Source: an uncultured Coriobacteriaceae bacterium
GTDB lineage: Bacteria > Actinomycetota > Coriobacteriia > Coriobacteriales > CADBOM01
NCBI GenBank assembly: GCA_902796325.1
Contig: CADBOM010000141.1
Span: 1-44,528 of the forward strand
Direction: 5' to 3'
Length of the DNA: 44,528 bases
Each line of letters begins with the position of its first letter. Position 1 is the stretch's first letter. Under the pieces are notes generated by a model. It had not been told where the DNA came from. It saw nothing but the letters and a program-made list of their open reading frames with translations, and made no database searches. The position numbers and the translations under genes are program-made. Shown here one piece after another: positions 9,461 to 17,911 of this stretch.

Positions 9461-9928
9461 TTAAGCCTCAATCTGCCTGATGAGGTTGACCATCTCGATT
9501 GCACCCTCGGCACACTCGGAGCCCTTGTTTCCGGCCTTTGTGCCAGCACGCTCGATGGCCTGCTCGATGTTGTCGGTGGTAAGAACGCCGAACATCACAG
9601 GCACTCCGCTGGAGAGCGACGTGGTTGCAACGCCCTTAGAGACCTCTGCGGCAACGTAGTCGAAATGCGGGGTGTTTCCGCGGATGACTGCTCCCAGGCA
9701 AATCACGGCGTCATACTTGCCGCTATCTGCCATCTTCTTGGCAATCAGCGGGATCTCGAAAGCTCCCGGCACCCAAGCCAGGTCCACGTCGTCCTCGCTA
9801 ACGCCGCGCCTCTTCAGTCCGTCCATAGCTCCGCTGATGAGCTTGGAAACGATGAACTCGTTGAACCTAGCCGCCACAATGGCAACCTTGATGCCATTGG
9901 AAACAAGTTTTCCCTCGAAAGTCGTCAT
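9461..9928 (-). CDS. ribH: 6,7-dimethyl-8-ribityllumazine synthase
   Basis: ORF 9461..10084 trimmed to the ATG at 9928, which has GAGAGGAG upstream. [27 protein letters not shown]...WVPGAFEIP...[13 protein letters not shown] is typical. Confidence 0.95.
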   Translation of the reverse strand: MTTFEGKLVSNGIKVAIVAARFNEFIVSKLISGAMDGLKRRGVSEDDVDLAWVPGAFEIPLIAKKMADSGKYDAVICLGAVIRGNTPHFDYVAAEVSKGVATTSLSSGVPVMFGVLTTDNIEQAIERAGTKAGNKGSECAEGAIEMVNLIRQIEA

Positions 9929-10020
9929 GATATTTGCTCCTCTCAAAGCCGCCCTATTGTAACGGCCAAATATTTTCGCGCGAGTCCTTCCCGCGTGAAG
10001 TTCCAATTTCTTACGCGCTC

Positions 10021-10074
10021 GTCCACGCAGGACCGTCCCTGAAAGACCGCCACGCAAGACAGTCCACGCAAGCC
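10021..10074. repeat. Four degenerate 13-14-bp tandem units in the ribBA-ribH spacer
   Basis: Plus-strand units gtccacgcaggac / cgtccctgaaagac / cgccacgcaagac / agtccacgcaagcc. They sit just 3' of the ribBA stop (10087) in the direction of transcription. Confidence 0.8.
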
Positions 10075-10086
10075 CGTTTTCCAAAC

Positions 10087-11295
10087 CTACTCATCGTAGT
10101 CGAGGATGTGACCCATCTTCTCCTTCTTGGTCCTCAGATAGAAGGCGTCCTGCTCGGTGGGCTGCATCTCGATGGGCACGCGCTCCAAAATCTTCATGCC
10201 GTAGTCCTCGAGCTGGTAAACCTTGTCGGGATTATTGGTGAGAAGCCTCATCGACTTCACTCCAAGATCCCTCAGAATCTGAGCGCCGATGTAGTACTCG
10301 CGCTCGTCTCCGCCGAAGCCCAGCGCGAGGTTTGCCTCAACGGTGTCCATACCCTGATCCTGCAGCGCATATGCACGGAGCTTGTTGATAAGGCCTATGC
10401 CCCTTCCCTCTTGCCTCATGTAGAGGAGGATTCCGCGGCCCTCGGCGTTGATCTGCTTCATGGCAGAGGCAAGCTGCTCTCCGCAATCGCATTTGAGCGA
10501 TCCGAATGCGTCTCCGGTCAGGCACTCGGAGTGAACCCTGCAGAGGATGTTCTCGCCATCGGCGATGTCGCCCTTCACCAAAGCCACGTGATGCTCTCCA
10601 TTAAGCCTGTTCACGTAACCGTAGGCCATGAAGTCGCCGTACTTGGTGGGGAGCTTGGTCACGGCCTTCTGCTCGACCAGGTTGTCGTGGAACTTGCGGT
10701 AGTGCAGCAGGTCCTTGATGGTGATGAACTTGAGGTTGTACTTCTTTGCGAGGTTGTAGAGCTCGCTGCGGCGCATCATAGTGCCGTCCTCGCGCATGAC
10801 CTCGCAGCAGAGGCCGCACTCCTCAAGGCCGGCGAGCCTGCAGAGATCGACGGTTGCCTCGGTGTGCCCGGTGCGCTCGAACACGCCGTTCTTGCGAGCC
10901 AGGAGCGGAAACATGTGACCGGGCCTTCTGAAATCCTCGGGCTTGGCGTCGGGCTCCACGCACATGCGGGCGGTGTAGCCGCGCTCCTCGGCCGAGATTC
11001 CGGTGGTGGTGTCAACATGGTCGATGGACACGGTGAACGCGGTCTCGTGGTTGTCGGTGTTGTTATACACCATCTGCGGCAGAGCAAGCTTGCGCACTAT
11101 CGACTCGCCCATTGGCATGCAGATGAGTCCGCGGGCATGCGCTGCCATGAAGTTCACGTTCTCGGTGGTAGCGGACTGCGCGGCGCAGATCATGTCGCCC
11201 TCGTTCTCCCTATCCGGGTCGTCGGAGCAGAGGATGATCTCCCCGTTCCTAAGAGCCTCCAGAGCCTCTTCTATCGTGTTGAACTCGTAATCCAT
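10087..11295 (-). CDS. ribBA: Bifunctional 3,4-dihydroxy-2-butanone-4-phosphate synthase / GTP cyclohydrolase II
   Basis: 402 aa. The DHBP synthase half carries DRENEGD and TAFTVSID. The GCH-II half carries [21 protein letters not shown] and RQEGRGIGL. Confidence 0.95.
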   Translation of the reverse strand: MDYEFNTIEEALEALRNGEIILCSDDPDRENEGDMICAAQSATTENVNFMAAHARGLICMPMGESIVRKLALPQMVYNNTDNHETAFTVSIDHVDTTTGISAEERGYTARMCVEPDAKPEDFRRPGHMFPLLARKNGVFERTGHTEATVDLCRLAGLEECGLCCEVMREDGTMMRRSELYNLAKKYNLKFITIKDLLHYRKFHDNLVEQKAVTKLPTKYGDFMAYGYVNRLNGEHHVALVKGDIADGENILCRVHSECLTGDAFGSLKCDCGEQLASAMKQINAEGRGILLYMRQEGRGIGLINKLRAYALQDQGMDTVEANLALGFGGDEREYYIGAQILRDLGVKSMRLLTNNPDKVYQLEDYGMKILERVPIEMQPTEQDAFYLRTKKEKMGHILDYDE

Positions 11296-11343
11296 TGTGT
11301 TTTCCTCCCAATCGGGTGTTCCCGTTTGTATCCAGTTTCAAAA

Positions 11344-11416
11344 GGTCGCGTGCGGTCCGTGCAGTTCGTGCGCATCCCGTGTGCATGCAGCCCGTACACG
11401 GTCCGTTTGCATGCAG
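11344..11416. repeat. Degenerate ~26-bp tandem units ending in GCATGCAG in the ribE-ribBA spacer
   Basis: Plus-strand units ggtcgcgtgcggtccgtgcag / ttcgtgcgcatcccgtgtgcatgcag / cccgtacacggtccgtttgcatgcag. Confidence 0.8.
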
Positions 11417-11449
11417 TCTGCTCGAGCGCATACCGCCAGACGTCGCGCT

Positions 11450-12241
11450 CTACATAAAGCCGTTCTCCATGAGCATCTGCTCCGTAACTCCAGAGCTTCC
11501 GTATCCACCGGATCCGCCGCTCAAGCTGTCGTCGTCGGCACCGGTATCCACGTAATCGCGCCCCGTGTAGTTGCCGGTGTGTCCCGAAGCGTTGCCGCTA
11601 TTCGCACTTCCCGCCTCGGCGCCAAAACCTCCTAGCTGCGTTCCATTGGCAGGTCCCAAGCGCATCATCTTCTCAATGTATTTGCCGATGATGTCGTTCT
11701 CGAGGTTCACGATGTCTCCCACCTTCTTGAGGGAGAGAATGGTCTCCTCGGAAGTATGAGGGATAATCGACACCGAGAACGTCTTGTCGTCGACCTTCGC
11801 AACCGTGAGGCTGATGCCATCGATTGCAATCGAGCCCTTCTCCACGATGTAGCGCATGATGCTCGGTGATGCCCCGATGCGATACCAGGTTGCATTGGCG
11901 TCGCGCGTGATCGAGATTATCGTTCCCGTGCCATCGATATGGCCCGAAACGATGTGCCCGCCAAAGCGCCCGTATGCTGGCATTGCGCGCTCGAGGTTTA
12001 CCTTGCCGCCAACGCCCAGCTTGCCAAGGGACGAGCGGTTGAGGGTCTCGTGCATCACGTCTGCCGTGAAGCTGTTGGAAGTGAAAGAGGTTACGGTGAG
12101 GCAGACCCCGTTCACGCTCACGCTATCGCCGAGCTTGAGGTCGTCGAAGATCTTGGATCCCTCGATTTCGAGGACCGCGGAGTCACCTCCGCCCCTTATG
12201 GAGCGAATCTTCCCAACTTCCTCGACTATTCCTGTGAACAA
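11450..12241 (-). CDS. ribE: Riboflavin synthase (alpha chain) with ~55-aa Gly/Ser/Asn-rich C-terminal extension
   Basis: MFTGIVEEVGKI...GDSVSVNGVCLTV...GHIVSGHIDG...SIAIDGISLTV shows the duplicated lumazine-binding repeats. The tail GGFGAEAGSANSGNASGHTGNYTG... is not part of the usual enzyme. Confidence 0.9.
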   Translation of the reverse strand: MFTGIVEEVGKIRSIRGGGDSAVLEIEGSKIFDDLKLGDSVSVNGVCLTVTSFTSNSFTADVMHETLNRSSLGKLGVGGKVNLERAMPAYGRFGGHIVSGHIDGTGTIISITRDANATWYRIGASPSIMRYIVEKGSIAIDGISLTVAKVDDKTFSVSIIPHTSEETILSLKKVGDIVNLENDIIGKYIEKMMRLGPANGTQLGGFGAEAGSANSGNASGHTGNYTGRDYVDTGADDDSLSGGSGGYGSSGVTEQMLMENGFM

Positions 12242-13425
12242 TATTCCACCTCGCCCTCTATCAAGTAGTCATCGCCAAGACGACTGACCCTTGAGTTAAC
12301 CAGCCTCATGCAATCTGCCGGATGCAAAACCCCGGCCCCGCCTATGGGGCTTGGTGCGGCCACCCCTCCGAAGAACTTGGGCGCTATGTAGGTTTGAACC
12401 TTGTTGACGATGCGGGCATTCAGAGCCGACCACGCGATGGTAGATCCTCCCTCGATGTACAGGCTGTCGATCTTGAGCTTGCCAAGCTCCTCCACAAGCG
12501 CTTGGAGATCGATGTGCGGTGATGCATCCGGAACGATTCCAGCTGCTGGCGGGAGATAGAGGATTTCGCAGCCCATCTCCTCATATGGAATCGCAGCGTT
12601 GAGGTCTTCGGTGCAGGTGGCAATGATGGTGCGGTAATCCTTGGCGGTCTGAACCACCTTGCGATCCACGCCCATCGTGAGATGGCTGTCGCAGATCACG
12701 CGAATTGGATCGTGGCCACCCTCGATGTGGCAGGTGAGCATTGGGTCGTCCGCTATCACGGTTCCCTTGCCAACCATGATCGACGCATAGCGCATGCGGT
12801 CGCGGTGCACCTTATCCCTGGCAATCTCGCCTGTAATCCATTTAGACTCCCCCGTGCGGGTAGCGATCTTGCCGTCCAATGTCATGGCGTACTTCAGAAC
12901 CACCAGCGGCTTTCCAGTTGTGATGAAGTGGAAGAAAGGCTCGTTGAGCTCGCGGCATTCCTTCTCGAGCATATGGCCGTAAACCTTTATGCCATGCTCT
13001 TGCAAAACCTTCACGCCCTTGCCGGCAACGAGCGGATTGGGATCCGAAGACCCGATAACCACCCTTGCAACCTTGGCTTCGATAAGGGCTTCGGTGCACG
13101 GCGGGGTCTTGCCATAGTGGCAGCAGGGCTCGAGGCTAACGTAGATCGTTGCGCCCTCGGGGCTCTCCTTGCAGCTTGCAAGCGCATTCCGCTCTGCATG
13201 CAGCTCGCCGTAACGCCTGTGGTACCCCTCGCCAATGACCCTGCCGTCCTTGACTATCACGGCACCAACAAGCGGGTTTGGGCTGGTGAAGCCCATGGCT
13301 CTCTCGGCAAGCTCGATTGCGCGGCGCATGTACTTTTCGTCGAGGTCCTCCGGGAACTCCGATATAAGCGCGCTATCAATGTTTGGCAATGTGGCCATCT
13401 CCTGTAAAAGCAACTCTATTACCAT
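12226..13425 (-). CDS. ribD: Bifunctional diaminohydroxyphosphoribosylaminopyrimidine deaminase / 5-amino-6-(5-phosphoribosylamino)uracil reductase
   Basis: The deaminase motifs HAERNAL and SLEPCCHYGKTPPC are present, together with a C-terminal reductase domain. It overlaps the ribE start by 16 nt. The start is either 13425 or 13398, and neither has a convincing SD. Confidence 0.9.
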   Translation of the reverse strand: MVIELLLQEMATLPNIDSALISEFPEDLDEKYMRRAIELAERAMGFTSPNPLVGAVIVKDGRVIGEGYHRRYGELHAERNALASCKESPEGATIYVSLEPCCHYGKTPPCTEALIEAKVARVVIGSSDPNPLVAGKGVKVLQEHGIKVYGHMLEKECRELNEPFFHFITTGKPLVVLKYAMTLDGKIATRTGESKWITGEIARDKVHRDRMRYASIMVGKGTVIADDPMLTCHIEGGHDPIRVICDSHLTMGVDRKVVQTAKDYRTIIATCTEDLNAAIPYEEMGCEILYLPPAAGIVPDASPHIDLQALVEELGKLKIDSLYIEGGSTIAWSALNARIVNKVQTYIAPKFFGGVAAPSPIGGAGVLHPADCMRLVNSRVSRLGDDYLIEGEVEYCSQE

Positions 13426-13600
13426 TGCCGATGGCCATTTGGAGCTTTAGCGTCCCCAATCTCATGCGCTTCGCAAGGCTGCATCTTAGCCCGCCTTGCA
13501 AGCTGCACCAGCAACCTGCACGCGCATATAGAAAAGCCCCGGCAACGGGTATCCCGCTCCAGGGCGAACGAGCCAAACGCACAAGCAACGCTTTGGCATC

Positions 13601-13720
13601 GACCTTCTCCCATCCAGACTTTACTGTCGGCTTCGGAATCTAACCGAATCAACCCCTTTGCGGGCTCGCGGGCTTTACCGCCGGTGGGGACTTTCACCCC
13701 GCCCTGAAGATCAAACAAAT
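13601..13720 (-). promoter_or_regulatory. FMN riboswitch (RFN element) aptamer
   Basis: The minus strand reads TCTTCAGGGCGGGGTGAAAGTCCCCACCGGCGGTAAAGCCCGCGAGCCCGCAAAGGGGTTGATTCGGTTAGATTCCGAAGCCGACAGTAAAGTCTGGATGGGAGAAGG. This matches the conserved RFN core almost position for position and lies upstream of ribD. Confidence 0.92.
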
Positions 13721-13732
13721 AAATGTTATTTC

Positions 13733-13761
13733 TACACCCAGCAGATGTCAACATTGCAGGC
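13733..13761 (-). promoter_or_regulatory. Candidate promoter of the rib operon
   Basis: The minus strand reads TTGACA, then 17 nt, then TAACAT. The -10 ends about 12 nt before the riboswitch P1 stem. Confidence 0.5.
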
Positions 13762-13897
13762 AAGCCGCAGCACCAACTGGTTACGGAAACAACAATTCGT
13801 TGCAATGGCAAGCCGTGGCAAAAAGCAAGCTGCGGCGTTGCAATCGAATGCAGCGCCGCAGCGATTTAGCGGTCTCTGTTCGTCTGCCCAGATGGTT

Positions 13898-13969
13898 TAG
13901 CCTCTAGCCACCGGTCGGCCTAGCCTCTAGCTGGGCCCGGCATCCAGCAGATTGGCCCAACCTCTAGTA
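13898..13969. repeat. Three dispersed copies of an 11-nt motif; the plus strand reads TAGCCTCTAGC (minus-strand core CTAGAGG[C/T]T)
   Basis: tagcctctagc at 13898-13908 and 13921-13931, and aacctctagta at 13959-13969. The last copy contains the DUF2804 stop codon (13964-13966). Confidence 0.8.
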
Positions 13970-14995
13970 CCTGTTGTGCACCACCTCTGCACTGGCCTCC
14001 AAGCCCGAAATCTTGAACGGAGTGCCATCGTCTAGCTTCACGGTTCCCGAGATGTTGCCCAAAATCTGGTGCTGGTCGCTCATCAGAACACCGAGGTTTA
14101 TCATGGCCTTCCTGTCGAGCTTTGGCTTGAACTCCATCTCGAACCTTCCATCGTTCGAGGTCATATGCCACGGCTTCATGAACTCGAACTCCCCTTCGAA
14201 GGTCCTGGGAATGCCAAAGTCGATCCTATCCAGCTTGTGGCAAACCCCGTCGAGGAAGAACATGTTCTCGCTCGCCGCCGTGGTGTCTCCAAAGCCGTAG
14301 CCGATGTTGAATCCAACCACATGTCCGTTCTGGTGGCCCTGGCCAACTCCCCAGAACCATCTGTTGTCGTAGGTCCAAACTCCACGGCCCCAATCCATGA
14401 GCCCAAACGAGTTCTCGGGGCTGAAGTGATACGAAACGTCTCCGATGCAAAAATCTCCCTGTGCACGCATGGCAATGGTCTTCTGGTTGTAGTAGAAGGC
14501 GGTCTTCTTCTCCGCCCAGGGCGTTGCTATGACCATGGAGTCTTGCGGGATGTTGTCCAGCTCGATGTGCGCCATGAACGGCTTGCCGTCGATGAAGCTG
14601 CTCATGATCACATCGAGAACGCGCTTATCGGGGCTGGCGTCGAAATACATTGCCATGCGTCCATCGTCGTAATGGCTCACGCCCTCCTTGGTTGTGGTTG
14701 GAAGCACGATCTTGCCACCCGGCTTTGGAACCATGCGGGTTACGGTCTTTTCCTTGGGATTCTTGAGGTCTATCACAGACACGCTGAGCATTCCCAGATA
14801 CGAAAGATCGCTCAACGTGAAGGCCACGGCATAGTGGTCGTCGTTGATCAGGTAATAGTCCCACTCCTTGAGGCGCCTGGCATCCATGACCGACTGCTTG
14901 TTGTAATCGAGAACCAGGGATTTTGCCCAACCAGGCTCTGTTAGCGAGCCATCGGGATTGAGAAGAAACCCTTTCTGAGTTATCTCGTGCTGCAT
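13964..14995 (-). CDS. DUF2804-family protein (function unknown)
   Basis: 343 aa with AGGAGG upstream of the ATG. The N-terminal pattern ...GWAKSLVLDYNK...LKEWDYYLINDDHYAVAFTLSDLSYLG... is as I remember for DUF2804. Confidence 0.75.
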   Translation of the reverse strand: MQHEITQKGFLLNPDGSLTEPGWAKSLVLDYNKQSVMDARRLKEWDYYLINDDHYAVAFTLSDLSYLGMLSVSVIDLKNPKEKTVTRMVPKPGGKIVLPTTTKEGVSHYDDGRMAMYFDASPDKRVLDVIMSSFIDGKPFMAHIELDNIPQDSMVIATPWAEKKTAFYYNQKTIAMRAQGDFCIGDVSYHFSPENSFGLMDWGRGVWTYDNRWFWGVGQGHQNGHVVGFNIGYGFGDTTAASENMFFLDGVCHKLDRIDFGIPRTFEGEFEFMKPWHMTSNDGRFEMEFKPKLDRKAMINLGVLMSDQHQILGNISGTVKLDDGTPFKISGLEASAEVVHNRY

Positions 14996-15130
14996 CTTTT
15001 TACCTCCTAGCTTACCCGGTACAGCCGCGCGACCTGCATCCGGCGATAGCCCAACTTGCCCTGCACGCTAGCTTGCCCTTGCCATGCGAGCAAGCTCATT
15101 CCAGCCTTTAGAGCCATCTTGCTCCGCAGG

Positions 15131-16438
15131 TTATTTAATCCTTATCCCACTTCCAAACAGCAGCTGCCTCTCGTCTGGAGGCAGAGCTGCCCTGGCCTGA
15201 TCCCTCAAGCTGTTAACCCCGATGAAGAACTGCCTCATCATGGCTACCAGCAGATACCTGCCCTTGGCCGTGAGGGTTATCTGCTCGTCGTCATCGACAT
15301 CGTAGGCACCCGCCATGCGCATGAAGGCATCTTCTGCAGGAAGGCCTTGCTCCACCGTGCATCCGAAGTCCTCGAACCATTTGCGCTTGTCCAACCTCAT
15401 ACCGAAGAGCTGCATCATGTACCTGTAGCGCATGCGGTCGCGCTTGCCAAAGTGGTTGGTTCCCATAACCGACAGCATGCCGTCGTCAATTTTCTTGCTG
15501 TAGTCCTTGAGCGAGAACGTGTTGATGTAAAGGTTGCCGTCCAGATATGTGATTCCGCCCGATCCGATTGCGGGGTACTCCTCGTAGTCGACGATGTACT
15601 CGTCGATCATGTTGTTCTTCCTAGCATTGAAGGTCCACACGCTACCATGCGTGTAGGCGGGATTGGGGCCTCCGCTGAGCACCTCGTCAATGATGTGGTA
15701 GTAGCGCTCCTCGCGCGAATAATCCACCATACCCACGGTGGCCTTCAGGCTTGCCTCCACCGACGGCGACGCCATCAGCGGATAGAACGTTGTCTGCGAG
15801 GCCCCGGTTTGGGATATGCACTCAAGATCGTGGAACAGCATGTCCTCTGTTTGGGAGGGGAAGTTGAAGATCATGTCCACGTTGAGGCTGTCGAACATTC
15901 CCTGGACCGACTGCAGTCTCTCGATAATCTGCTCTGACGAGCCATATTTGTCATAGCGGTCCATCTGCTTGAGCAAACCATTGTCGAAGCTCTGCACTCC
16001 CACGCTCAGACGTTGCACATGGCCTTCGAGGCGCTCCAATACTTCTGGAACCAGATGGTTGGGATTGGTCTCGCACGACGCATCGTGAATGCCAAACAGG
16101 TTCTCGGCAAGCTCGAGGGTTTGCACCAGCTCGTCGAGGATGATGGTTGGGGTGCCGCCTCCAACGTACACGGTTTCGAAAGTGTAGCCCTGATCGGCCA
16201 GCATCTTCATCTCAGTGCGCATGGAAGAGAAGTACCCGTGGGCTAGGTCCTCGTTGTAGGGGAACCTGTTGAACGAGCAATAAGGGCACAGCCTCTCACA
16301 GAAGGGAACATGCATGTAGAGCATGTATTTCTGGCCTGGCTTAGGGTTAGGCAGCCTGGTCATCCTTACCGGGGTGAAACTCAACTTGGAGGAGTTCATC
16401 TTCCCAACGATCTTGGACATAACCCGCTCTTCGAGCAT
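15131..16438 (-). CDS. Radical SAM protein of the HemN/HemZ (oxygen-independent coproporphyrinogen oxidase-like, class C) family; specific function not assignable
   Basis: 435 aa. Contains the CERLCPYC (CxxxCxxC) cluster motif, YVGGGTP and a HemN-like C-terminal region. GAGGTGA lies 5 nt upstream of the ATG at 16438. Confidence 0.85.
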   Translation of the reverse strand: MLEERVMSKIVGKMNSSKLSFTPVRMTRLPNPKPGQKYMLYMHVPFCERLCPYCSFNRFPYNEDLAHGYFSSMRTEMKMLADQGYTFETVYVGGGTPTIILDELVQTLELAENLFGIHDASCETNPNHLVPEVLERLEGHVQRLSVGVQSFDNGLLKQMDRYDKYGSSEQIIERLQSVQGMFDSLNVDMIFNFPSQTEDMLFHDLECISQTGASQTTFYPLMASPSVEASLKATVGMVDYSREERYYHIIDEVLSGGPNPAYTHGSVWTFNARKNNMIDEYIVDYEEYPAIGSGGITYLDGNLYINTFSLKDYSKKIDDGMLSVMGTNHFGKRDRMRYRYMMQLFGMRLDKRKWFEDFGCTVEQGLPAEDAFMRMAGAYDVDDDEQITLTAKGRYLLVAMMRQFFIGVNSLRDQARAALPPDERQLLFGSGIRIK

Positions 16439-16607
16439 ATTCTCACCTCATGCTGGATTAAAAACCTTAGAGACTTCCGAGCAACTGAATCCCGTGCCGC
16501 CGAATCGAACAACCGAATTCTAGAATAGCCGGAGATTGGCGAGGGCTTATGCACGCCAATGATTCCCACGCGCGCAAACTGCCCTCCGGCATCGTATATG
16601 TTTAGCA

Positions 16608-16635
16608 ATTATACAACTTGGACAAGAACTGCAAA
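16608..16635 (-). promoter_or_regulatory. Candidate promoter for the radical SAM / DUF2804 genes
   Basis: The minus strand reads TTTGCA, then 16 nt, then TATAAT (a perfect -10). This would give a ~165-nt leader. Confidence 0.35.
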
Positions 16636-16805
16636 CTCCGCAAGCCCGCTTGGGCAAGTTGGCGCTCCATGATGGCATACTGCCGCAAAGCCGCAGCGTC
16701 AACGGCGCAGATTTTCGTGCTGCTATACTCGGATTAGCTGCGAGAATTCCCCCGTAGCCCGTTATCTGCTACTCAAGTACATCACGAAAGGTCGCCTGGT
16801 AAACG

Positions 16806-17729
16806 ATGCCGAACACGCAGCTGCAGCCCGATATTTCGTTTCTAAAACCAATTGATGAGAGTGCATACGAAGCGCTATCCAAGATAACGACCATATACAC
16901 GGACCTCGATGGAACGCTGCTGGCACCTGGCGGCAAGCTGCTAACCAATTTTGCCGGAGAGCCTTCGTACGCCACGGCCAAGGCAATCGTCGACCTTCGC
17001 GAGGCCGGGGTTCAGATCATCGTGGTAACCGGTCGAAGCAGATTCCAGGGCAACGAGTTCATAAGAATCCTGGACGCCCAGGCTTTTATCGGAGAGATGG
17101 GCACCACCAAACAGGAGCGAGACGCCGGAGCTCTCGACGTTACATACGACACGGGAGATTTTGAGTACGACTCCAGCAAATACGCCACCCCGTACGACGC
17201 AATAGTTGGGAGCGGTGCCGACAAGCTGCTGCTCGAAACGTACAAGGGCAAGGTAGAGCGCAACTACCCCAGATGCCTCAACAGGGATGTAACGCATGCG
17301 ATGAGGGGCAAGGTCGACGTTGACGAGGTCAACCGGTTCTTCAAGGACAACGGATATGCCCTCGAATTCGAGGACAACGGAATGCTGTTCTCGCCAATGC
17401 CAAACACAACGCTCGACGACACAACGGAAATCCACGGCTACCATATCGTTCCCGCCAACACCTCCAAGGCCATCTCCGTTAGGAAAGACATGGAGCAAAG
17501 GGGATTGTCCAAGGAAGAGACGGCTTCGATAGGCGACGGGCATGCAGACATCAAGATGGGCAACTCCACCGGCATGTTCGTGATGATGAGAAACGGCCTT
17601 AGGAACGAGAGGAACCGCCAGGAGCTGACCAAGATCCCAAGGCCCGTTTACGTTACCAACGGACTTTGCTGCGATGGCTGGGTTGAGTTTGCGAATGCCA
17701 TTTTGGCCGCAAAGAAGCATCTGGACTAG
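16806..17729 (+). CDS. HAD-superfamily hydrolase, Cof-type (subfamily IIB)
   Basis: 307 aa. Contains IYTDLDGTLL (motif I), VVTGRS (motif II) and IGDGHADIKM (motif IV), with a large cap insert. Confidence 0.85.
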   Translation: MPNTQLQPDISFLKPIDESAYEALSKITTIYTDLDGTLLAPGGKLLTNFAGEPSYATAKAIVDLREAGVQIIVVTGRSRFQGNEFIRILDAQAFIGEMGTTKQERDAGALDVTYDTGDFEYDSSKYATPYDAIVGSGADKLLLETYKGKVERNYPRCLNRDVTHAMRGKVDVDEVNRFFKDNGYALEFEDNGMLFSPMPNTTLDDTTEIHGYHIVPANTSKAISVRKDMEQRGLSKEETASIGDGHADIKMGNSTGMFVMMRNGLRNERNRQELTKIPRPVYVTNGLCCDGWVEFANAILAAKKHLD

Positions 17730-17806
17730 CAGCCAGGCTAAAACCGGGATTATCGTTCAAGCCGTCGAATATTGGCGAGAGCGTTCGCCAACGCACGGCA
17801 CGACTG

Positions 17807-17815
17807 TGATACAAT
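17807..17815 (+). promoter_or_regulatory. Candidate extended -10 promoter for tRNA-Gly
   Basis: TGATACAAT (TGnTACAAT) ends 12 nt before the mature tRNA 5' end. No good -35 is visible. Confidence 0.35.
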
Positions 17816-17827
17816 GCAAACCTGCAT

Positions 17828-17901
17828 GCGGGTGTGGTTCAATGGTAGAACTTGAGCTTCCCAAGCTTACAACGCGGGTTCGATTCCCGTCACCCGCTCC
17901 A
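17828..17901 (+). tRNA. tRNA-Gly (anticodon CCC), CCA encoded
   Basis: Hand-folded cloverleaf. Acceptor GCGGGTG/CACCCGC, D arm GTTC-AATGGTA-GAAC, anticodon arm TGAGC-TTCCCAA-GCTTA, T arm GCGGG-TTCGATT-CCCGT, discriminator T, then CCA. Confidence 0.93.
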
Positions 17902-17911
17902 TTAGAGTGCA

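Noticed and set aside
9934-11457. 507-aa plus-strand ORF
   Set aside because: It is entirely antisense to ribBA, which has unmistakable motifs. Its Leu/Val/His/Gly-rich composition is typical of shadow ORFs on the opposite strand of GC-biased coding sequence.
15001-15130. Possible tandem repeats or terminator between the radical SAM gene and DUF2804
   Set aside because: Only loose GGGCAAG(C/T)T similarities and a 7-bp AGCTTGC/GCAAGCT inverted repeat without a T-run are present. This is too weak to call either a repeat array or a terminator.
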